This document shows, one piece after another, positions 14,314 through 23,599 of a DNA stretch of 36,149 nucleotides. Positions within the stretch are counted from its first letter, which is position 1, and the number at the start of each line of letters is the position of its first letter. The translations under genes were made by a program, and so were the position numbers. This stretch comes from a virus, in the UHGV virus genome UHGV-0015323; one strand, given 5' to 3'. Below the pieces are notes generated by a model. That model searched no databases and was not told the DNA's origin. It worked only from the letters and a program-made list of their open reading frames with translations.

Positions 14314-14435
14314 TTATTAGATAATTTGACGATTTTCAGATGATATTTTACAGTCATAACAACTAAAATAAAACCGCTCCTGCGCCAACAGGAACGGTCA
14401 ACTGGGGAAGCACACGCCAATGTGCTTTAGTAACT

Positions 14436-14479
14436 CCGAAGAGATACTGTCTTGCCAAAGAATATTGTATCATCTTCGG
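14436..14479. other. Imperfect 44-bp palindrome CCGAAGAGATAC-N20-GTATCATCTTCGG upstream of the integrase start, candidate attP core for the serine integrase
   Basis: Nested inverted repeats CCGAAGA/TCTTCGG and GATAC/GTATC. An additional 9-bp inverted repeat ACAGTCATA/TATGACTGT lies at 14350 and 14512. Confidence 0.3.
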
Positions 14480-14562
14480 CGCAGTCGCACAATCAGAACT
14501 TACGTTCTATGTATGACTGTTATTTTTGTACTTTTTTACATAATATATACGGAGGTGATATC

Positions 14563-16113
14563 ATGTCATATTGTATTTATTTAAGGAAATCGAGAAAGGA
14601 TCTTGAAGCCGAGCAGCATGGTGAAGGGGAAACTCTTGCCAGACACGAACGTGCACTTCTCTCTCTTGCTAAGAAAAACAACCTGATTATTAGCAATATT
14701 TATCGAGAAGTTGTGTCTGGAGAAACTATAGCTGCACGTCCTGTTATGCAACAGTTACTTCACGAGGTAGAGCAAAACCTTTGGGACGGTGTGCTCGTCA
14801 TGGAAGTGGAACGTCTTGCTCGTGGTGATACAATCGATCAGGGAGTTGTACAGAGAGCTTTCCAGTATTCCAACACACTAATCATCACTCCTTCCAAAAC
14901 CTATGATCCGGCCAATGAATTCGATGAAGAGTACTTTGAGTTTGGATTATTCATGAGTCGGCGTGAATATAAGACGATCAAGCGCAGAATGCAGAACGGA
15001 CGTTATGCCGCTATCTCTGAGGGAAAGTGGCCATATAACTCCGCACCATACGGTTTCCGGAGAATGAAACTTGAAAAAGAGAAGGGATGGACTCTTGCTT
15101 TTGATGAAAACGAGGCTCCTGTTGTGCGACTTATCTTTTCTATGTTTACCGGTCCGGAACGTGTCGGTATCCGGTCGATCACTCGTACTTTAAACAGTTA
15201 CGGTACAAAGCCACGTAATTCCAAACTTTGGAGTGAGAGCACCGTCCGTGGAATCCTCTCTAATGTTGTGTACGATCAATGCGTTAAGATCGGCGAACGA
15301 AAAGTGGTCAGAACAGTTGAAAATGGTGTTCTCACAACCGCACGTCCGAGAACCAGTGACTATACCATCGTTTCCGGTCGGCATCCGCGCTTAATCGATC
15401 ACGATGTATTTGCAGAAGCTCAGAGTTATCTTGGCTGTGGATCCCCAAAGCCTGCCGGTTCTAACATTATCAAAAATCCGCTTGCAGGAATCATTGTCTG
15501 TAGTGAGTGCAAAAAGAAAATGATTCGCCGGCCGCCTTCCGGAACTGCCAGTCGTGTTCCTTATGATCTGATGTTGTGCAGTACATATGATTGCCCTACC
15601 ATTGGCAGTCCTTTGGATCTTGTTGAGCGAGAAGTTTATAACGCGCTTTCTGACTGGGTTGAAGGATATCGTCTGAGTGGTCAGATGCCAAGCAAGAGTC
15701 TTATTCCGGAAAAAGAAGTTCTTTTGGAATCAGCTCAACAGACACTCGATCAACTTCTACGGCAAAAGGGAACCATGTATGATCTGCTTGAACAAGGTGT
15801 CTACTCGACAGAAGTCTTTCTTGAGCGATCTGACAGTTTACAAAACCGAATTTCTGAAGCTGAATCAAATGTTGCCCAGCTGAAACTCGAACTTGACAAG
15901 GAACGCCAAAGAGAAGCCAATATAGAACAGTTCCTGCCGGCTTGTGAAGATCTGCTTTCCTGTTATTGGGATTTATCTATTCCGGAACGCAACAGATTGT
16001 TGAAATTACTCATAGAATCTATAGAATACAAGAAATTAACGAAAAATAAGCGCGGTCATCTGAATGAGCCTAACTTTGAATTGACCATAAAACCAAGAAT
16101 CCCGCGCAAATAA
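14563..16113 (+). CDS. int: Large serine recombinase (phage integrase)
   Basis: N-terminal resolvase domain (YLRKSRKD...), recombinase domain, zinc ribbon (CSECKKK...CSTYDC) and C-terminal coiled coil. Start was placed at MSYCIY (GGAGGTG 5 nt upstream) rather than the track's 14452. Confidence 0.85.
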   Translation: MSYCIYLRKSRKDLEAEQHGEGETLARHERALLSLAKKNNLIISNIYREVVSGETIAARPVMQQLLHEVEQNLWDGVLVMEVERLARGDTIDQGVVQRAFQYSNTLIITPSKTYDPANEFDEEYFEFGLFMSRREYKTIKRRMQNGRYAAISEGKWPYNSAPYGFRRMKLEKEKGWTLAFDENEAPVVRLIFSMFTGPERVGIRSITRTLNSYGTKPRNSKLWSESTVRGILSNVVYDQCVKIGERKVVRTVENGVLTTARPRTSDYTIVSGRHPRLIDHDVFAEAQSYLGCGSPKPAGSNIIKNPLAGIIVCSECKKKMIRRPPSGTASRVPYDLMLCSTYDCPTIGSPLDLVEREVYNALSDWVEGYRLSGQMPSKSLIPEKEVLLESAQQTLDQLLRQKGTMYDLLEQGVYSTEVFLERSDSLQNRISEAESNVAQLKLELDKERQREANIEQFLPACEDLLSCYWDLSIPERNRLLKLLIESIEYKKLTKNKRGHLNEPNFELTIKPRIPRK

Positions 16114-16126
16114 AGGGTTTTTTGTT

Positions 16127-16171
16127 ATTTCCAAAAGAAACGGGATTATTCTTTATCCCAATTCTTTTGGA
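16127..16171. other. Perfect 12-bp inverted repeat TTTCCAAAAGAA / TTCTTTTGGAAA with nested GGGAT/ATCCC, 14 nt downstream of the integrase stop. Candidate attP or recombinase binding site.
   Basis: tttccaaaagaaacgggattattctttatcccaattcttttggaaa read directly. No T-run follows, so it is not a typical terminator. Confidence 0.35.
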
Positions 16172-16250
16172 AATGAAACGCATAATAATATGAAGGAACT
16201 CGTATTTTCTTCTATCAAAATACTACGCAAAAAGATGATACAATATTGAA

Positions 16251-16284
16251 GCCCCAAAGCGAATTGCTCTGGGGCATCTTTTTA
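16251..16284 (+). terminator. Terminator between the convergent integrase and endolysin genes. GCCCCAAAGC-gaatt-GCTCTGGGGC followed by ATCTTTTTA.
   Basis: 9 of 10 bp stem plus T-run on the plus strand. Overlaps the endolysin stop codon. Confidence 0.6.
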
Positions 16285-17361
16285 CTCAATCCATGCCTGG
16301 AACTTATCCACAAATCTCTTCTTGTCACCAGCATAGCCGTCTGCACCATTGGCTTTCAGCGTATCAATCTGCTCACTGTAGAAGTTCGAGTTATCTTTCA
16401 CAGAAACTCTGTAATGGACCATCTTGTACTTATATCCATCTGGTGTGATGTAGTACAGCTCGATAGCAAGAATCTCAGAACCATCTCCGAGGATTCCGTT
16501 CTTTTTATCATTCAGATCATAGCTATTGCCGAATGTAAGATACGGAAGCCAACCACTCTTTCTTGTGTATACTCGACAACGGATACTGCCCCTGCTGACC
16601 TTGATAGCAAGCCACTTGATTGGAACATCATCACCTTTTCCAGCCCAATCAATCTTGTTCACTACTGGTGGCCACCATCTATCTGTGAAAGCCTGATATG
16701 TAATATCGACCTGTCCTAAGTCTTTCTTCTCTGCTGGCTTAGAAGGTGCTGACGGTGTTACTGGTGTGGCGCTTTCGCCAAATTCCATGTAGCAATAGTT
16801 GACATCAACTCTTCCGTTAACTCCATCTACATGACCGTCGGAGGAATACTGCCAAATTGCATACTGACCTTTGTAAGTATCTTCCGGAAGATTCTTGTAT
16901 CTTGCCATCCATTCAATGTACTTGCCACGTACACTGCCAAGATGGTTGTTGAACCAACTCAGTGAAGCGTAGATTCCCGGAGTATATCCATTTGCTTTTA
17001 GTCCTTCGCAGACGATTTCACAGCATCTAGGAGCATAGTTCTGTGTGCCAGGTTCTTCCACGTCAAGGAAAATCGGCAACTGGAATGTATGACCTTTAAT
17101 CAATCTCAAGATGTGGTCAAGTTCGCTCTGAGCCTGTCTGTCACAAGTCGCATAGCTGTACAGATACACTCCTACCGGAATACCAAGTCTTTCGCACTCA
17201 GCAAGGTTGCGAATCCACTGCTTATCATCCTGTGATATGATATCATCTCCATATCCGCATCTAAGAATAGCTCCGGCACAACCGGATGCTTTTACTTTTT
17301 CCCAATTTATCACTCCATTATGATAGCTAACATCAATGATTAACTTACTCATACCAGCCAC
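16282..17361 (-). CDS. Endolysin with N-terminal GH25 muramidase and C-terminal cell-wall-binding region of unrecognised type
   Basis: LIIDVSYHNGVINWEKVKASGCAGAILRCGYG...GVYLYSYA matches the GH25 (GIDVSHWQG.IDW..VK..G..F..IKA) pattern. 359 aa. Confidence 0.8.
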   Translation of the reverse strand: MAGMSKLIIDVSYHNGVINWEKVKASGCAGAILRCGYGDDIISQDDKQWIRNLAECERLGIPVGVYLYSYATCDRQAQSELDHILRLIKGHTFQLPIFLDVEEPGTQNYAPRCCEIVCEGLKANGYTPGIYASLSWFNNHLGSVRGKYIEWMARYKNLPEDTYKGQYAIWQYSSDGHVDGVNGRVDVNYCYMEFGESATPVTPSAPSKPAEKKDLGQVDITYQAFTDRWWPPVVNKIDWAGKGDDVPIKWLAIKVSRGSIRCRVYTRKSGWLPYLTFGNSYDLNDKKNGILGDGSEILAIELYYITPDGYKYKMVHYRVSVKDNSNFYSEQIDTLKANGADGYAGDKKRFVDKFQAWIE

Positions 17362-17521
17362 CTTCTTTCAGCTCTGCTTTTTTCTGCTCAATCTCCGCAG
17401 CGTGTTCCTCTGCAAACTTCTCCATAACTTCAAGTGATGTTCCTTCGTTGTCGGAGATTTCTTTTGCTGAAAGTCCGTAAGCGAAACTCTTAATTGTTTC
17501 TTTAATTGTCTGTTCTGTCAT
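17345..17521 (-). CDS. Small hypothetical protein in the lysis cassette
   Basis: About 58 aa. Start was moved to the MTEQ Met, which overlaps the holin stop by 4 nt. Confidence 0.4.
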   Translation of the reverse strand: MTEQTIKETIKSFAYGLSAKEISDNEGTSLEVMEKFAEEHAAEIEQKKAELKEGGWYE

Positions 17522-17982
17522 GATTCTTCTCCTTTCTTGCACTGGTGCAATTCCTGTACCGCTTCTTCCGGAAGCTCCTCTGTCATATCATCCAGGAACT
17601 TCTGGATCCATCTCTTAATCTTTGTCGGAACCGGAAGACCGCACAATGTCATATTCTTGAGGATGCTAACCAGTTCGTACAATATGAATAATAGACTGAA
17701 GAATTCGCAGATTCCCATCTTATCAATTCCAAGAATCTGTACATATTTCTCAGGTACCATGCCTAATACATTAATATGCATAATCACGTCCGTTGCCATA
17801 AGGAATCCTACTGACAGGAGCATTCCTGCTTTCCGAATTGCTCCGTCGATTCCTACGCAGCTGTTGAATTTGTGTTCTTTAATCGCTCTGAGTACACCAA
17901 GTATCGTATCTAGAGCAACCGCTATCAGCAAAATTTTTACAAATGAATTGCTTGACAGCAATGTGATAATCTTATCCATCAT
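17518..17982 (-). CDS. Holin (phage_holin_4_1 / phi-LC3-TcdE-like family)
   Basis: 154 aa, 3 predicted TM segments, charged C-tail. FVKILLIAVALDTILGVLRAIKEHKFNS matches the family N-terminus. Lies upstream of the endolysin. Confidence 0.7.
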   Translation of the reverse strand: MMDKIITLLSSNSFVKILLIAVALDTILGVLRAIKEHKFNSCVGIDGAIRKAGMLLSVGFLMATDVIMHINVLGMVPEKYVQILGIDKMGICEFFSLLFILYELVSILKNMTLCGLPVPTKIKRWIQKFLDDMTEELPEEAVQELHQCKKGEES

Positions 17983-17997
17983 TTCAATCCTTCCTTT

Positions 17998-18408
17998 CTA
18001 AAATTTATATTTTGGCCGTTTTTCTCCCCACAGCAAGTATCTTATCCAATCATCTAGATAGACGGCTACAGCCGACAGGAAGAACCACAATACCGTAAAT
18101 TGCGGACAAATCTGTCCAAGCAGATTTCCTGGAAGATTGCTGTAGTCCCATACATTCCAGTCCAATATGATATTTACTATAATCCCGGAAATCAGTTCGA
18201 GCCCTGTTATAATTCCTGCTCCTGCTGCCATCTGCCACCGCATCAGAATCTCTTTTTTCTTATGCTCATTGATACATCCAATCAGATAGAATGCTAATCC
18301 CCCCACGAAGAACATTGTCCAGTGGCTTCTACCTCTGGCGATCAGTTCAATCAATACATAGAGGGTTCCGCCAATTCCAAATAGAATCAGCGGTCTTACC
18401 CATTTCAT
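17998..18408 (-). CDS. Polytopic small membrane protein (about 4 TM) in the lysis cassette
   Basis: MKWVRPLILFGIGGTLYVLIELIARGRSHWTMFFVGGLAFYLIG... Start was moved to the internal Met, giving a 4-nt ATGA overlap with the upstream gene. Confidence 0.5.
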   Translation of the reverse strand: MKWVRPLILFGIGGTLYVLIELIARGRSHWTMFFVGGLAFYLIGCINEHKKKEILMRWQMAAGAGIITGLELISGIIVNIILDWNVWDYSNLPGNLLGQICPQFTVLWFFLSAVAVYLDDWIRYLLWGEKRPKYKF

Positions 18409-19088
18409 ACGTTTTGAGCCGCAATCATTTTTTTCAATGGCTCTGATTGATATTCTTCCGGAATAGTCATTCCATAAGTTACCTTTTCTACTTCTTCGAT
18501 TTCTGTCAATGCTCTGATATAGATTCTCAAATCTCTGAAATATGTAACGTGCCATGTTACATATTCCATTGCCGTTGCAGTAATTTTAGCCATATCCGCA
18601 TTGCTATAGAACTTACAATGTTCCTCTTCATCTGAAGTATGCCACGGAATGCTCTGCTCTCCTGCTGCCACTTGTCCCTGCAATCCTACAAGGCTCGTCT
18701 GATCTTTCTCCGTTAATGTGAAATGCTCCGTACTTCCATCTGTAAGCACCACATCCACACCTTCTGCTATCACAGCCTGCTGCGCTGCATTCATCTCATT
18801 TACTTTCGCTTCCTGGATCTCTTCTAATGTTGGAACATATGGCTCCGGTTCTGGCTCTGGATCCGGCTCTACATATACACTTCCATCATTCGACAAAATA
18901 TATCCATCTTCCACAGTTTTATACAATGTAGTATATGTTTCGTATTTTCCATAAACCTGTCCATCATTTGTCACGAGATGAAATCCCGACAGATTCTGCA
19001 ATATACCCTCGATTTTCACGTGATGGAGATCTTGAACTGTAACAGTTCCCATCACTGGTTCTTCTTGATTAAGAAAAAGTATGTTCAT
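18405..19088 (-). CDS. Hypothetical fibre-associated protein with a PEPEPEP linker
   Basis: 227 aa. Positioned between the tail fibres and the lysis genes. Possible fibre chaperone or assembly protein. Confidence 0.5.
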   Translation of the reverse strand: MNILFLNQEEPVMGTVTVQDLHHVKIEGILQNLSGFHLVTNDGQVYGKYETYTTLYKTVEDGYILSNDGSVYVEPDPEPEPEPYVPTLEEIQEAKVNEMNAAQQAVIAEGVDVVLTDGSTEHFTLTEKDQTSLVGLQGQVAAGEQSIPWHTSDEEEHCKFYSNADMAKITATAMEYVTWHVTYFRDLRIYIRALTEIEEVEKVTYGMTIPEEYQSEPLKKMIAAQNV

Positions 19089-19125
19089 TTGTTTTCCTTT
19101 CTAGGTTTCCTATGATTTGTAGAAA

Positions 19126-20142
19126 TTAATAACCTATAGCAATCCATCTACATTCAGCACCTGTTATTTGTGTTAAATTGCCGGTTCGTCCATATATATA
19201 CATTTTTGAGGTGTTCACGATATCTGTAGATACCATAAACGTTGGGTTTGCAGTTCCAGGATATTTTGCGCAAGCAATAGCAGTGTAAGATTTATCTGAA
19301 AATGGTATAGGAAGTGTTATCGTTGCATACCCTTGCCCACCTGACGATGAACTTGGAAACGTTCCTGTTCCCCATTGAACAATCAAACCATTTGCAAATT
19401 TACAGTGATTTTTACTTATGTCTATAATTGATTTGCCATTTAATTCAGTAATCTGATCCTCAATCTTCTTCCCCTGTCGTGCATCAAGCGCATACCCGGC
19501 CTCTGTCGTAAGCAGATTATTAATCACATTTGCAGTGTTCAGTTTCTTTCCATCCAGTACTTTTCCCTGATAAGCATCCAACACAGAACTGCCGGCTGCT
19601 GAAGTTGTCAAATTATTCGCCACTGCTCTGAATGCGGATGTTCCCAGATCTGCGAAGTACTTTGCGATCTTTCCGAGAATAATTGACATCTTCTCATTGC
19701 TTGCTATATTCTCCCTCGTTGATGCCTTTGTGAACGCTACCTGTGTATTAGCATCTACTTTTCCTGTTGGACCCTGAGGACCTGTCGGGCCTGTCGGTCC
19801 CGTGTCCCCTTTCGGTCCGGTTGCTCCGGTTGGCCCAGTTGCTCCAGTTGGTCCTTGTGAGCCAGTTGCTCCTTTTGCTCCCTGTGGACCTTTCAGATTT
19901 CCTGTATATACCCACTTAGCGGCTGACGCTGCTCCTCCTACAGTACATCTATATGTATTTCCAGTTGCTGTGTTCAGGTAATTGTCGTTCACAATGGCAT
20001 CTGTAATTCCTGAACCGGAAAATACTGTTGCCGTTGTGCTTGTTCCTGTGATTGCCGTTCCCTGTGTCCAGCGGCTTCCTCTGGTTCCGGTTGGTCCAGT
20101 AGGTCCAACCACCTTTCCTAGATCAATCTGTCTTGCTACCAT
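19126..20142 (-). CDS. Collagen-like (Gly-X-Y) tail fibre protein
   Basis: [43 protein letters not shown] run. N-terminal module is shared with the upstream paralogue. Confidence 0.75.
   Translation of the reverse strand: MVARQIDLGKVVGPTGPTGTRGSRWTQGTAITGTSTTATVFSGSGITDAIVNDNYLNTATGNTYRCTVGGAASAAKWVYTGNLKGPQGAKGATGSQGPTGATGPTGATGPKGDTGPTGPTGPQGPTGKVDANTQVAFTKASTRENIASNEKMSIILGKIAKYFADLGTSAFRAVANNLTTSAAGSSVLDAYQGKVLDGKKLNTANVINNLLTTEAGYALDARQGKKIEDQITELNGKSIIDISKNHCKFANGLIVQWGTGTFPSSSSGGQGYATITLPIPFSDKSYTAIACAKYPGTANPTFMVSTDIVNTSKMYIYGRTGNLTQITGAECRWIAIGY
19903..20088. repeat. About 186-bp module duplicated between the two collagen-like fibre genes (copy 1, roughly 88% DNA identity to copy 2)
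   Basis: Encodes [61 protein letters not shown], which is nearly identical to the copy-2 peptide. Confidence 0.8.
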
Positions 20143-20154
20143 TGTATATTCCTC

Positions 20155-21096
20155 CTAGCTTTCGTATACTGCGATCAAGTGTCCATTGCTGATCTTGAAT
20201 GTCGGAGTCTGTCCATCCTTACCGGTTGCTCCTGTCGTTCCTTTTGCACCCTGTGGGCCTGTCGCTCCGGTTGCACCTGTATCTCCTTTTGCTCCCGTAT
20301 TTCCTTTCAGGCTTCCTATATATACCCACTTAGCTGCTGACGCTGCTCCACCTACTGTACATCTATATGCATACCCAGTAGATGTGTTCAGATACATATC
20401 ATTCACTAATGCATCTGTAATTCCTGAACCTGAAAATACTGTTGCTGTTGTACTTGTTCCCGTGATTGCTGTTCCTGCGTTCCATCTGCTGCCACGTGTT
20501 CCAGTTGCTCCCTTGTCTCCGGTTGCTCCCTTAGCCCCTGTATCTCCTTTTTGTCCCTGTGGTCCTGTCATTCCAGTAGCACCTGAAAGATCTGTAATAT
20601 AGGTATATGCTGTCCTTCCTTTTACATAGAGTTTCGCATTATCGGCATCATTGACATTTCCTGTGTCGATCATGACGAACTGTCCTTCTTTCACTCCATC
20701 TGAGGAGAATCCAGAATTCATTGCTGACACGGAGGCGAACGTTTTTGCGATTGCGAACGGATCTCCCTTATCTCCTTTTGCCCCGGTTGGTCCCTGTGGG
20801 CCTGTCGCTCCAGTTGCTCCTTTTTCTCCCTGTGGTCCAGTCGCTCCGGTTGCTCCGGTTGGTCCCTGTGGGCCTGTCGCTCCGGTATCTCCCTTTGCGC
20901 CTTTTAGGGAAGCGATATACTGTGCTTCTGTTTTTCCTGCGTTTCCAGGCTGTGCGAGCCATACCTGATACGCTGATTTACCAGTCGGTCCTGTTTCGCC
21001 CTGTGGTCCCTTTGGACCTGTCGCTCCAGTTGCTCCTTTTTCTCCCTGTGGCCCCTGTGGTCCGATAATTGATCCTAAATCTACCTCTCTTGCCAT
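20155..21096 (-). CDS. Collagen-like (Gly-X-Y) tail fibre protein
   Basis: Multiple GATGPQG/GDTGATG triplet runs. C-terminus ends ...PTFKISNGHLIAVYES. Confidence 0.75.
   Translation of the reverse strand: MAREVDLGSIIGPQGPQGEKGATGATGPKGPQGETGPTGKSAYQVWLAQPGNAGKTEAQYIASLKGAKGDTGATGPQGPTGATGATGPQGEKGATGATGPQGPTGAKGDKGDPFAIAKTFASVSAMNSGFSSDGVKEGQFVMIDTGNVNDADNAKLYVKGRTAYTYITDLSGATGMTGPQGQKGDTGAKGATGDKGATGTRGSRWNAGTAITGTSTTATVFSGSGITDALVNDMYLNTSTGYAYRCTVGGAASAAKWVYIGSLKGNTGAKGDTGATGATGPQGAKGTTGATGKDGQTPTFKISNGHLIAVYES
20316..20502. repeat. Copy 2 of the about 186-bp fibre-gene module
   Basis: Encodes [61 protein letters not shown]. Confidence 0.8.
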
Positions 21097-21130
21097 GTTT
21101 CTTTCCTTCCTTTCTTTGTTGAAAAATTTT

Positions 21131-21162
21131 TATAATAAAAAGCACCTGTCGTAACAAGTGCT
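21131..21162 (-). terminator. Hairpin plus U-run terminator between two fibre genes in minus sense: GCACTTG-ttacga-CAGGTGC then UUUUUAUUAU
   Basis: Plus strand reads ataataaaaagcacctgtcgtaacaagtgct. Followed by the strong RBS AAAGGAAGGAAAG for the next gene. Confidence 0.5.
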
Positions 21163-21176
21163 CTCTATCCAGTAAG

Positions 21177-21815
21177 TTATTCATATTTTACAATCAGATG
21201 ACCTTCCCTGATTTCAAATTCCGGCGGTTTCCCGTCTTCCCCTTTCAGGTCTGCCAGCGGAATCAGCTCTTTCCATTCATTCTGATCTGTATACCTCCAC
21301 TGGATCGACGTGCCATCATTCCTGATTTCAATTTCTTTTCCTGCTGCCGTCTCCATCCGGACTCTGTTTCCGACAGGTGTATCACCTGACAGTAACTGTA
21401 ATTCTCCGTCGATGACAGTCATATTGTCTGCCTTTTTTTCAAGTGATTCCAGTACCTGACGCAGAAGGTTCTTGCCTGATGGTGTGCTATAATCTCCTGG
21501 CTGTTCTCTCTTTTTAACTGGAAGTTCAATAATTCTGACAGTTTTCCCGCTCATCGCATCTGCAATATACACATATGCAATCAAGTCTTTTCCAACTTCC
21601 AGCAGTTTGTCCGGGATATCTGCAAGGATCCTGTTTTCTTCTATAGTTGCAATACAGATCTCTGCTTTTGCACTGCATTCTTTTACAGCAAAATGAACCT
21701 CTGCATGATCGATTCCTTTCAATCCCTCTATCTGCAGTATCTGTCCATAATCCCACTGTACCAGTCCACGTGCTTCTGTCTTACGCACATTTTCTTCAAA
21801 CATCGCTCTAATCAT
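21177..21815 (-). CDS. Tail fibre / baseplate-associated protein
   Basis: 212 aa. C-terminus [15 protein letters not shown] shares a motif with the two neighbouring genes. Confidence 0.5.
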   Translation of the reverse strand: MIRAMFEENVRKTEARGLVQWDYGQILQIEGLKGIDHAEVHFAVKECSAKAEICIATIEENRILADIPDKLLEVGKDLIAYVYIADAMSGKTVRIIELPVKKREQPGDYSTPSGKNLLRQVLESLEKKADNMTVIDGELQLLSGDTPVGNRVRMETAAGKEIEIRNDGTSIQWRYTDQNEWKELIPLADLKGEDGKPPEFEIREGHLIVKYE

Positions 21816-22579
21816 GTTGTCACCTCATCCAGTATATATACCAACCTGCCCTCTACAATCTTCAACGGCGGAGCTGGATCAGATCCATTATAGGTAAGTA
21901 ACAGGTGACCGCTTTCCACCGACATGGCAAAAATCCCCGGATCCAGTGATGTTATCGCAGCATTAGCATCTCTGCCTGGTGGTCCCACTGGACCAACCGG
22001 ACCGGTATCTCCTTTTGGCCCCTGCTCTCCGTCTTTTCCTGGTATGCCCGGAATCCCCTGTTCTCCCTGTGGTCCTGTCGCACCCGTTGGGCCTGTGAAG
22101 TCACCATTCTGAAGCTTTTCCTCTAATGTCTGTTTTATCTGCTCTGCGCCCTTTGCTGCATCCTGTGCCCGCTGTGTAGCTTCTTCCATTCCTTTGATAA
22201 ACTTATCAATCCATCCTGCCTCGTTTTCGCTTTCCGGAACATCACCTTCCACGAAATTTCTTTTGACCTCTATCGGCTGCTCAAAAGTTACCAAAGTGTC
22301 CTCTCCTTTAGTAATTTCTAACTGAAGCAGACTTCTTCCTGTTTCTGCCAGCATCTGATCTTTTACAATAACACGTACCGTGTTCTCAATGATCGGACAC
22401 GCATTATATGTTGCTTTCTTCGATGGTTTCAGAATAAAAACCTTTGCAGATGCATCTTCCGGTATTTCATAATCCATGAAATGAAAATAGATGGGAAGTG
22501 CATTCGTACCTCTTACATAATGAATTGGGCTCTTGATCCTGTCTTCCAGCACATATACATTACGTTCAATATAATTCAT
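21812..22579 (-). CDS. Baseplate upper protein (BppU-like N-domain) with collagen-like repeat
   Basis: N-terminal 120 aa resemble BppU_N of TP901-1-like phages, followed by [41 protein letters not shown]-terminus ends ...[14 protein letters not shown]. Confidence 0.55.
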   Translation of the reverse strand: MNYIERNVYVLEDRIKSPIHYVRGTNALPIYFHFMDYEIPEDASAKVFILKPSKKATYNACPIIENTVRVIVKDQMLAETGRSLLQLEITKGEDTLVTFEQPIEVKRNFVEGDVPESENEAGWIDKFIKGMEEATQRAQDAAKGAEQIKQTLEEKLQNGDFTGPTGATGPQGEQGIPGIPGKDGEQGPKGDTGPVGPVGPPGRDANAAITSLDPGIFAMSVESGHLLLTYNGSDPAPPLKIVEGRLVYILDEVTT

Positions 22580-22600
22580 TCTCTTTCTTTCACCTCTGTT

Positions 22601-23599
22601 CTATCCTGGTATCCATTTGACTATATACAGGCCTTGCACCGGTGCAATGTTCCCGCCCGGATAGCGGAGAACATACTGCCACGGGAAGTTATAGTAACCA
22701 TGTACATGAATTTCAGCCCCCGTCTGGTCTCCGGTCTGTCCTCCTGTGATTCCACCTAATTCATTTTGTGAAGCTCCTACCAGCTGTCCATTCCCTATGA
22801 ACATTTCTGTATGGCTTCCTGGTTTCAACAGGACATCTCCTCTTATCAGACCAGATCCAGTGGACAGATTCACCTGCGATGTAACATCTTCAAATCCTGC
22901 TGAAAGAAATACACTGTACATCGTTCCTGTAGCCGGTGTATATCCTGGTCTTGTGTTAAGTCCCGCATTGTAATACGCCCAGCAAAGAAGAGACGAACAA
23001 TCATAATCCGGTCCATCCCTGTGTGCCTGATCGTATCCGTGACTGTCATCCTTTGCGATTGCCACCGCCCACTCAACAGCCTTTTCTATAATCCGACTTC
23101 CTGTAGCGTATTTTTTCAGATATTCATACCATTTTCTTGCTGCACTGCGTCTTGCAGATTCTACCTCAACGCCCGCGCGTTCAAAGTTCTTAAGGAAAGC
23201 GCTGGCCAGATATTCTGGTGTCTCTGTGCTACTCTTGAACTGCGCCCATGTCATACTGTAGGAACTCGTTGCTATCCATTGGCCGGAAGATGCTGAAAGA
23301 GTATCAATCCAATGCAACTGTCCAACCGGATCTGTGATTGCATATCCATTGGATTTCGCCCAATCGGTATAATTCGTTGCCGGTGTCCATTGAACCAGTC
23401 CAAAGCCGCCGCTATAGTTTCCTTCATTCAGACTCTGCCAGAGTCCGGGGTTAATGTTGGACTCCTTTTCCATATTTCCAAGGATGCCCCCGATTGCATT
23501 CAGTGTCCAGCCTTTTCCAGCGAAATACTTATACACTTCAAGGGCGTTGCCCTGCATCTGAGATTCCGAAAGATAATTGTTGCTTATTGTCCAGCTCAT
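22601..23599 (-). CDS. Tail-associated lysin with phage tail lysozyme domain plus NlpC/P60-CHAP-like Cys/His peptidase
   Basis: GNMEKESNINPGLWQSLNEGNYSGGFGLVQWTP is the tail-lysozyme motif. C-terminal half has DYDCSSLLCWAY...SHTEMFIG (Cys...His). Confidence 0.7.
   Translation of the reverse strand: MSWTISNNYLSESQMQGNALEVYKYFAGKGWTLNAIGGILGNMEKESNINPGLWQSLNEGNYSGGFGLVQWTPATNYTDWAKSNGYAITDPVGQLHWIDTLSASSGQWIATSSYSMTWAQFKSSTETPEYLASAFLKNFERAGVEVESARRSAARKWYEYLKKYATGSRIIEKAVEWAVAIAKDDSHGYDQAHRDGPDYDCSSLLCWAYYNAGLNTRPGYTPATGTMYSVFLSAGFEDVTSQVNLSTGSGLIRGDVLLKPGSHTEMFIGNGQLVGASQNELGGITGGQTGDQTGAEIHVHGYYNFPWQYVLRYPGGNIAPVQGLYIVKWIPG

Noticed and set aside
16246-16719. 157-aa plus-strand ORF overlapping the endolysin gene
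   Set aside because: Antisense to the GH25 endolysin, whose motifs validate the minus frame. It starts within the intergenic terminator.
20186-21068. Plus-strand ORFs rich in Pro/Val/Ala (20186..20602, 20651..20968, 20721..21068) and 20768..20962, 20978..21184 on the minus strand
   Set aside because: These are complementary or alternate-frame readings of the Gly-X-Y collagen repeats (GGN/NCC periodicity produces open frames on both strands). The collagen frame is the coherent one.
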